DNA of 64,000 nucleotides from Candidatus Elulimicrobium sp. (lineage in GTDB: Bacteria; Patescibacteriota; Minisyncoccia; Phycocordibacterales; UBA918): assembly GCA_022730015.1 (NCBI GenBank), contig DZBU01000001.1, forward strand, positions 1,307-65,306, in the 5' to 3' direction. The notes under the pieces were generated by a model. It worked only from the letters and a program-made list of their open reading frames with translations. It was not told the DNA's origin and did not search any database. The position numbers and the translations under genes are program-made. This document shows, in pieces, positions 28,320-36,300 of this stretch; positions within the stretch are counted from its first letter, which is position 1, and the number at the start of each line of letters is the position of its first letter.

Positions 28320-30080
28320 ATGAGCAGCACAACAAATAAACCACTACTTCAGATCACTCGTGCTGTTGCCGTGTTTGGGCTTTTGATTGCACTTTATTTA
28401 GGTGTTCCTAGTAATGCTGATGCTGCTTCACTAGGTTTGTCACCGAGTACTGGCGTTTATACTGCTAATGGAACATTCACTGCACGTGTCATTGTTAATA
28501 CGGATGGAAAATCAGTTAATGCAGCTGAAGGAACACTCTCTTTTAACCCACGTGAATTGTCGGTTGTTTCAGTCAATCGATCTGGTTCCATCTTTAACCT
28601 CTGGGTGACCGAACCAACCTTTTCAAATAGCGCAGGTACTATTTCGTTCAGTGGGGGACTCCCGTCAGGGTACACGGGATCTGCCGGAACGATCATGAAT
28701 GTCACTTTTCGAGCAGCCGGCGCGGGAACCGCTCGAGTAAATTTTAAAAATGGGTCAGTCTTAGCAAATGATGGGCGAGGGACCAATATTCTTACAACAA
28801 TGAATGGCGGCAACTACACCATTCAGGCCCAAGCGACTACTCCTGTGCCGGAAGAAATTGAGTATGTAGCTCCTGCCAACACGCCAGCAGCTCCGCAGGT
28901 CACTTCTTCTACCCACCCGGATCAGGCCGCTTGGCACCAGATGAAGGAGGCAACACTTACCTGGAATGTTCCTGTCGGAGTTACTGCAGTTCGGACATTA
29001 CTCGATCAAAATTCTACTTCGATCCCAACCAAAGTTTATGACGATCCGATCAGATCAATTACGTTATCTGACTTGCCTGAAGGTGTTTCTTATTTTCATA
29101 TACAGTTCAAAAACGATGAAGGTTGGGGTAAGGTAACACATTACCGTCTCGCGGTTGATTCAGTGAAGCCGACCGCCATAGATATCAAGCTGGCCGCTGA
29201 CGATCTTAGTAACCCACAGCAGTCACTCAAGATTACTGTTACTGATGAGACATCGGAAGTAACTAATTTTAAAGTTAAACTTGACGCAAGTGAACCGTTC
29301 GAATTTGTTGAAGAAACCGCTTCGTCAACGATTCCTCTGCCAGCGTTAGAGCCTGGATACCATGCAGTCATCGTAGAAGCGTTTGATAAGGCCGGAAACA
29401 GTATCGTGGGTACACATTCGTTTACGATCGAGGCGTTTGATCGACCACGATTTATTGAGTACCCACAGGAGATAAGCGAAGATGTCATCCCACTTATTAA
29501 AGGTCAAACTCGTCCAAATGCCCAGGTAGATATTTTTGTAACACCACTCGGCGCTGAGTCAGTGACATATTCGATAACTGCTAATGAGACTGGGGAATTC
29601 ATCTTTATCCCAAGCGGACGTTTTACAACCGGTGTCTATGAGATTGCTGCTCAAGCAACTGATACCTTTGGAGCCAGAAGTGATATCTCCGAGTCGATTC
29701 GAATTGCGGTACAGCAACCTGGCTTTATTCGCATCGGTTCGCTGATCGTTAATGTGCTCTCGGTGCTTATACCGCTCATTGTCCTCGCTGCGATACTTAT
29801 TATTGGTGTCTGGTATCTTATAGTCTATGCTCGACGATTCCGTCGACAGGTGACTGTAGAATCAATTGAGGCACTTGAGATGTTGCGTCGTGAGTTCACT
29901 GAACTCCAAACAACACTTTCTCATCAGGAGAACATTTTAGCTGATACTCGGACGGCAAAGAAGTTAACCAAAGCTGAATCAGCAATGATCGAAGCAATCG
30001 GTATTGCACTCAAATCTTCCCAGCAAAAAGTAGAAAAGGAAATCAAAGATATTACGGCACTGACTAATAAGAATAAGTAA
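28320..30080 (+). CDS. Cohesin-domain surface protein 2 (signal, cohesin-like module, Ig-like domains, TM, cytoplasmic coiled-coil tail).
   Basis: 'ARVIVNTDGKSVNAAEGTLSFNPRELSVVSVNRSGSIFNLWVTEP...ISFSGGLPSGYTGSAGTIMNVTFRAAGAG'. TM LIVNVLSVLIPLIVLAAILIIGVWYLIVY, then a heptad-like K/E tail. It lies 9 nt after the preceding gene, so the two are likely one operon. Confidence 0.75.
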   Translation: MSSTTNKPLLQITRAVAVFGLLIALYLGVPSNADAASLGLSPSTGVYTANGTFTARVIVNTDGKSVNAAEGTLSFNPRELSVVSVNRSGSIFNLWVTEPTFSNSAGTISFSGGLPSGYTGSAGTIMNVTFRAAGAGTARVNFKNGSVLANDGRGTNILTTMNGGNYTIQAQATTPVPEEIEYVAPANTPAAPQVTSSTHPDQAAWHQMKEATLTWNVPVGVTAVRTLLDQNSTSIPTKVYDDPIRSITLSDLPEGVSYFHIQFKNDEGWGKVTHYRLAVDSVKPTAIDIKLAADDLSNPQQSLKITVTDETSEVTNFKVKLDASEPFEFVEETASSTIPLPALEPGYHAVIVEAFDKAGNSIVGTHSFTIEAFDRPRFIEYPQEISEDVIPLIKGQTRPNAQVDIFVTPLGAESVTYSITANETGEFIFIPSGRFTTGVYEIAAQATDTFGARSDISESIRIAVQQPGFIRIGSLIVNVLSVLIPLIVLAAILIIGVWYLIVYARRFRRQVTVESIEALEMLRREFTELQTTLSHQENILADTRTAKKLTKAESAMIEAIGIALKSSQQKVEKEIKDITALTNKNK

Positions 30081-30086
30081 ATCATT

Positions 30087-30773
30087 ATGAAGCCATCACA
30101 ATTTTCAAAAAAAACAACGTTAACTATCGTAGGTATTGCTTCGGTGATTGTGATGTTGGGGATCGTTCTCGTTACTGTAATGGTAAATGCTCGTCTAGAA
30201 TCTCTTGAGCAAAATATTAGACTTACCATTGCAGATCAGGAGTCAACTTTGGTTGCGATCGCAGAGATCACCGCACGCAACGGAGCGGATGTTGTCACGG
30301 AATCAGTCATAAAAGATTGTACGACAGCCGAACGAGGAGAATTTGATGATCTTCTTGGTCGACTCAATAGTGGTCTTTCACGAACTGAGCTTGTTACTCT
30401 TGAGCGTTTATTCGGTCGATGCGGATCATTCTACGCAGAGCGAAAAGCGATCATGGTTGCTCGTTTGTCGCGAGAGATCGAAGTGTATACGGCTTATGTG
30501 GCTCAGCTCAGTGCAATACGTAATGAGGATCTTCTGGTTAGTTTTAAAGTAGAACGCTGGGAGGCACTTGCTACCGAGGAGCGTAAACAAAGTCAGCTAT
30601 TTGCTGAACTGGTGGCACTACAAGACCAAATTATTTCCACATTGCTCTCAGGTAAAAGCACTGCTTCACCTGAAATGCAAGAGATACTACAACAAGCACG
30701 CGAGACACAGGAAACGTTACTGGTCGCAAATAAGCAAACAGGAACTATCCGTGCAGAACTGATTTCATTGTAA
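30087..30773 (+). CDS. Small membrane-anchored coiled-coil protein (N-terminal TM, then an alpha-helical E/Q/L-rich region).
   Basis: TM LTIVGIASVIVMLGIVLVTVMV. It sits 6 nt after the previous stop and 5 nt before the next start, so it is operon-internal. Confidence 0.55.
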   Translation: MKPSQFSKKTTLTIVGIASVIVMLGIVLVTVMVNARLESLEQNIRLTIADQESTLVAIAEITARNGADVVTESVIKDCTTAERGEFDDLLGRLNSGLSRTELVTLERLFGRCGSFYAERKAIMVARLSREIEVYTAYVAQLSAIRNEDLLVSFKVERWEALATEERKQSQLFAELVALQDQIISTLLSGKSTASPEMQEILQQARETQETLLVANKQTGTIRAELISL

Positions 30774-30778
30774 TCGCC

Positions 30779-31522
30779 ATGGACACGATCCGTCGTCATA
30801 TTCAATCGTATACAAAGGCTAGGACGGGGAGTGCCACTGTTCATTTTTTATACCCCACTTTTTTCATGACGGCGATCATCTTTGCCATCGCGGTCACGAC
30901 TGGAAATGATGTCTCATATGTTCGCCTCGAAACTTCGGCGGCTACCGTTGAAGCTGGTAGCCGCTTCACTGTTGATGTGTATGCGTACGCTCATGTTCCG
31001 GTAAATGCCGTTGACATAACTTTACGCTTTGACTCCGCCGCGGTTGAGGTGCTAGAGGTTGATCGTGGACAGTCAGTGTTAACTATTTGGACAGAAGATC
31101 CAGTGATCGAAAAAGATAGGGTTATTCTCCGTGGGGGCACTTTTAGACGAGGGTTTATTAAAGAACATAAGATTGCCTCTATCGATCTAAAAGCAAAACA
31201 AACTGGTCAAAGTGACTTTAAAGCAACGGATGTCATGCTACTCGCGGGTGATGGAGCTGGTACCCCTGTCTCAGTGGCTGAAGCTCTCGATTCAGCGGTT
31301 AGCTTGTATATCTATGATGAAAATACTAGTCCCGAGAGTATCGGGGTGGATGTAAACGTCAAGATCCTTACTGATCTTGATGGTGACGGGAAGGTTACGC
31401 TTAAAGATATCAGCGCCTTCATGTCCTCATGGCATACAAAAGATAAAATGTATGATTTTAATGGCGATGGACGAATGAGTTTTCGTGATTTTTCGATAAT
31501 TTTAGCTACTTTCTTTTTTTAG
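30779..31522 (+). CDS. Membrane-anchored protein carrying both a cohesin-like module and a C-terminal dockerin-like pair (adaptor-type).
   Basis: 'TVDVYAYAHVPVNAVDITLRFDSAAVEVLEVDRGQSVLTIWTEDP'. Dockerin repeats 'DLDGDGKVTLKDISAFMSSW' and 'DFNGDGRMSFRDFSIILATF'. Confidence 0.75.
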   Translation: MDTIRRHIQSYTKARTGSATVHFLYPTFFMTAIIFAIAVTTGNDVSYVRLETSAATVEAGSRFTVDVYAYAHVPVNAVDITLRFDSAAVEVLEVDRGQSVLTIWTEDPVIEKDRVILRGGTFRRGFIKEHKIASIDLKAKQTGQSDFKATDVMLLAGDGAGTPVSVAEALDSAVSLYIYDENTSPESIGVDVNVKILTDLDGDGKVTLKDISAFMSSWHTKDKMYDFNGDGRMSFRDFSIILATFFF

Positions 31523-31635
31523 AGACTAACTCCTGTTGATAGTTTTACTCAAAAACCGTTTGGTCACCTGTTATTATTAGTTTGTGGTGTGCCTCGCCAC
31601 AACAACGTACAACGTAGAGCGTATTCATTCTTGTA

Positions 31636-33360
31636 ATGCGCTCGCAAAAACATTTTGGTACAAATCGGGGGAGCCACCATGCGTGGTTGTATTCTCTTGT
31701 GTTTAAAGGAAGATTCTCAGCGTTTGCTGTGGCTTTTTTGTTTTTGTCTTTTTTGATACAACCATTCCACCAAGCACTGGCCAACGAAGCGATTGAAGAA
31801 GTAGAAACTGAAGCTGTTTTGCCTGAAGAAGTTGCCGAGCAACTACCAAGTGTTGTTATTGAAGGAGAGACAGAGGAATTGACGACAGTTGATGAACTAA
31901 TAGAAGGGCAATCAGATTTAAATATTGAGGAGTCTGCGCCCGAGAGTATAGAGCAAGAGTTTTCTGTTGACCCTGTAATCAATGATGAATCTGCTGCTTC
32001 ACCAAACACGGGGACGAGCAATGATGGTGCGGAAATAATCGTGAATGAACAGCTTTCTGAACCATCTGTAATTTCTAAAGAAGAACAGCTTCCTGATGTT
32101 GTAACTACTGAAGCAAGTGAGTCAGCTGGTGGAGATTCCGGTTTAGATATCAGCGCAGAAGAGCAAGTGTCGAGCTCAAATATTGAAGATGACGATACCC
32201 CTTCAACATCCAATGAGCTAATCGACGAAAAAGCTATCGAAGCCGGAGTCAATGACCTGGTTGGTAGTGTGGTTAATGAAGTGGTTACGCTGACGAGGCA
32301 AATGGTAACTGAAGAGAATTTCTATCAGTTTAGTCGGCAGTCGTGTGTGGCAGTTGGTGACGGTACCTTTCACTGTACTTCTAAGGAGCGCGCTACGTTA
32401 GACCCAGATAGCGCTGTCTATGCCGATCGTGATGAGGCAGGAGATATGGAAATATACATGCGAACCTCAAAAGGCGATATTAAGCAGCTTTCTGATAATG
32501 ACTACGATGATACTGCTCCAGATATGGACCTCGCTTCTATGCGGGCAGTGTGGCAACGATTGGTTGACGGTCGTTATCAAATTATTTCGTATGATCTTGA
32601 GGAACGAAAAGAGACACAGCTTACATTTTCTCGTACCAACAGCATGGAGCCAAAAGTGGCAAAGGAGGGGGTGGTGTGGCAGGCGTGGGATGGTAATGAT
32701 TGGGAAATAATGTTTTTCGATGGTCAGGTCACTGATCAGATCACTGATAATGAAATACAAGATGTAACACCCGTTATCGAAGATGGCTACGTGCTATGGA
32801 GTGTCCTTGGAGGAGAAGCGTCAGAAGCTAGGGTCTACTCAATAGAAAGCGGAGAGCTCATGACCATTACTGGACATGAAGGTGGTGCTGTAGCAAACCC
32901 GCGCTTTGTGCTTGTGTACGATACTAAGTTCGATAATGGTGATGTGATCACGCAGGGTTTTGATCCAGTGACTGGTTTGGCGACACCGCTCTCATCAAAG
33001 CCCGCTGAGCTTCCGTTCAATATTCCAGAACCAGACCCAGTAGGTGAGATTAGAGCGTTGATACAAAATAAATCAACGCAAAAAGATAAAGAGGTGATAA
33101 CCGTACCGGTGACGACCGATGGAGGTGATTTAAATCTTGCCAGTACGAGCGTCACCACCACTGATACCCTCGTGCTTAGTGGTACAACTGATCTTGGTGA
33201 TGAGACGGCGATACTTTATACAGAGCCAGAACCAGATTTTGAACTGACTGAATATGACTTGGTGATCACTAAAGAGGCTAGTTCAACTAACTCTGTATTG
33301 AATCGACAATTTTATCTAGATATCGGAGCAGTTGAAAGTGCCTCAAGTACACAGCGCTAA
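31636..33360 (+). CDS. Secreted acidic (D/E/S-rich) protein with a C-terminal beta-propeller-like region. The likely true start is TTG/GTG near 31690-31705, giving the signal ...FSAFAVAFLFLSFLIQPFHQALA|NE.
   Basis: There is no internal Met after the tracked start. The N-terminal hydrophobic segment is followed by ~180 aa of acidic low complexity. Then 'VVWQAWDGNDWEIMFFDG', 'YVLWSVLGG' and 'RFVLVYD' type blade-like repeats. Confidence 0.6.
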   Translation: MRSQKHFGTNRGSHHAWLYSLVFKGRFSAFAVAFLFLSFLIQPFHQALANEAIEEVETEAVLPEEVAEQLPSVVIEGETEELTTVDELIEGQSDLNIEESAPESIEQEFSVDPVINDESAASPNTGTSNDGAEIIVNEQLSEPSVISKEEQLPDVVTTEASESAGGDSGLDISAEEQVSSSNIEDDDTPSTSNELIDEKAIEAGVNDLVGSVVNEVVTLTRQMVTEENFYQFSRQSCVAVGDGTFHCTSKERATLDPDSAVYADRDEAGDMEIYMRTSKGDIKQLSDNDYDDTAPDMDLASMRAVWQRLVDGRYQIISYDLEERKETQLTFSRTNSMEPKVAKEGVVWQAWDGNDWEIMFFDGQVTDQITDNEIQDVTPVIEDGYVLWSVLGGEASEARVYSIESGELMTITGHEGGAVANPRFVLVYDTKFDNGDVITQGFDPVTGLATPLSSKPAELPFNIPEPDPVGEIRALIQNKSTQKDKEVITVPVTTDGGDLNLASTSVTTTDTLVLSGTTDLGDETAILYTEPEPDFELTEYDLVITKEASSTNSVLNRQFYLDIGAVESASSTQR

Positions 33361-33371
33361 CATAGGTTTTT

Positions 33372-36300
33372 ATGGCGAGCTCACGTAAAATCAAGGAACC
33401 TATGACTTGGAGTAAGCGACAGCGAGATCGTTTGCTTTCGCCAGTGGCGGGGTTTATGATCGCGCTCCTTGCCACTCAGATGCTGCATGAGCTACTACCG
33501 ACACTTGTTCCACCGCTCGTACGCACTGTTGAAGCAGCGACTGCAACCATCGATCCAAATGGCGATATTGGTACTAATACCGGCACCCGTGTCACCTGTA
33601 CCGGCACGGTCTATTTTGAATGTCTTAATGATGCCGTACGTGATCCGTCAACTCCTAGCACAGCAGGTGATTATGTTGAGTATGCTGGCGGCAATCAGAC
33701 GAACTCGGACATGACATCGGTAACAAATGTTGCCACTGCTACGGCAATAGCCGTGAAGACGTACCATCAGGAAACGGGTACTAACATGACTCTGTCTGTT
33801 TCCTTGGTGAACGCAGCCGGTACGGTGATCGCTGGGCCGACAAGCGTCACTAATCGTGCTGTCACGCAGTGGGACACTATCACCTTCTCTGGTTTAACCT
33901 TAAATCAGGCAACGCTCGATGGTCTGTGGGTGCGCCAAACCTGTACACGCTCGGGTGGTAGCTCGGCCAACCGCTGTCGATCATTTGCCATGTACGCTGA
34001 TGTTACCTACGATCCGGTCATTAATGTAACCGTAAGCTCATTAGGAACTCAGCAAGATCTCGGTATCGCCACTTCTTCTGCTTATGTCGGAGGTAGCTTT
34101 GCCATTATTGAAAATACCTCTAGCCGCAGTATCACTTCGGTCACAGTCGCCGAACAGGGAACAGTTGATGCTCAAAATAGTTTGGACAACATAAAGCTCT
34201 ACTATGATTTAGACACTTCTAGTCCATATAACTGCTCGAGTGAATCATACGCCGGAACTGAGACGCAGTATGGAACTACTGACACTGATGGTTTTTCTAG
34301 TTCAAACGGCACCTCAGTGTTTACGGGCTCGGTGACCATCAGTACGACCCAGGCAATGTGTGTGTATGTCGTACTCGATGTTCTCAGCACGGCTACTGCA
34401 GGGGAGACCTTGGAAGTACAGATCACTGATCCGACTCTAGATGTGGTGGGAAGTGGTTCGCCGGTCATTAGTCCAGCGACAGCTGTGCTCCTTCCTGGGA
34501 CAACGACTCTGCGTAAGCCACTGCTGACGCAGGAGAACTATCACTGGCGAAATGATGACGGTAATGAAACCGCTGCTAGCTCAGCCACCGGAGGCAGTGA
34601 GAATACTTCGTACGCTACTTTTCCCAAAGCAGTCACTAAACGACTGCGCGTTGCGGTTTCCAATGAGGGAAATGCTGATTCAGCTGCCTCCCAATTTAGG
34701 CTTGAGTACGCGCAGAAAGTGACGACCTGTAGCGCGGCGACCGGCTGGACTGATGTCGGCGCGAGTACTGATGATTTTGATATGTCGCCAACTGGCAATA
34801 TTACTGACGGTGATAATTCAACAGATATCTCCAATGCCATTGGCGGTGTGACCAACCCTAACAGTAGTCTCTTGAGTTCAAACGGTGGTCTTCGTGATAC
34901 CAACTCGCAGACTGGTTCACTGACCTTGACGAGTACGCAGTTTGTCGAACTTGAGTATGCAATCATCGCAAGTAGTGGTCTTACCGACGGAACGACGTAC
35001 TGCTTCCGTGTGACCAATGCCGGTACGCCACTCCCGGCGTACACCAACTACCCAGAGGCCACCATTGCGGCAGATGTGCTGGTCGACTCGATCGGTTCGC
35101 AGACCACCACGGTCACCATTCCTACTACTGGTCAGTATGCTGGCGGAGCCTTCCGGGTCACCGACCTCACTGCGGGCGCTGGGACGATATCAAGTATTGC
35201 CATCACCGCCAGTGGGAGCATCGATATTCAAAATGATGTAGCAACTATCACGCTTCGTTACGACCTCGACACGAGTAATCCCTATACCTGTGACGATGTT
35301 TCGTATGCCAATACTGACGCGTCGTTTGGCAGTACGGTTGCAAATTTTAATGGTAGTAACAAAGCGACCTTCACCGGTTCAGTCAGTAATTCACCGACAC
35401 AAACGGTGTGTCTCTATGTCGAATACAACGTGGGCACGGGCGCCAGTAACGGTGAGTTGCTCGACCTTCGTATTGTTGATCCATCGAGTGAAGTGGTGAT
35501 CAGCGGTTCATCTGTGTCGCCTAATACTCCGGTCGATATCGGGGATGTGACAACTTTTGCGGCGCCGTATGTGGAGCAAGTTAACTATCACTGGCGTAAC
35601 AACGATGGTTCGGAAACAACCGCTAGCTCTGCCACGGGTGGGACACAGAACACTCCGCTCACTGAGGTGGCCAAGAATTCTACGTACCGACTGCGTTTTG
35701 CAGTGGCCAATACTGGTCTCACGACAGCACCAGAAACGCGCTATCAGCTCGAATGGGCGCAAAAGGTGAGCACGTGTAGCGCGGTGCCGGATATCGACTG
35801 GGAGCGTGCTGATACAATACTTGATGCCTGGCAAATGTCACCGACTGGTAACCTTACTGAAGGAAACGACACGACTGACATTGTAGAGAGTACGGGAGGG
35901 GTGGGGAACCCAGCTGCAACGTTTCTGGTTAATAATAACGGTGTCAACGATACGACAGACCTAACTGCCTCTTCGACATTGCCAGCTGACAATTACCTCG
36001 ACTTAGAATATTCGATCAGCGCCACCGATGATTCAGTGCAGGGGGCGACCTACTGTTTCCGAGTGAGTGCAGCTGGTAGTGCGTTAGTAAATTATACGAA
36101 TTATCCTGAGGTGAGTATCAAACTCGATACCGACTTCAAGGTACAACGAGGAGTATCGACGATTACTGGTGACACACTGACTATCACTGCTGGAGTTGAG
36201 TACGAGGCGCCACTTACCTCGAGTAGCTCGTTCATTCGTATCACCAACACGCAACTTACCGGTGCTGGGCCGAACACTGGCAACACCAACAGCAACGCCG

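Noticed and set aside
31545-32252. 235-aa minus-strand Ser-rich ORF
   Set aside because: It is antisense to the D/E-rich low-complexity region of the 31636 gene, a compositional artefact. The + strand gene has a signal peptide and a downstream folded domain.
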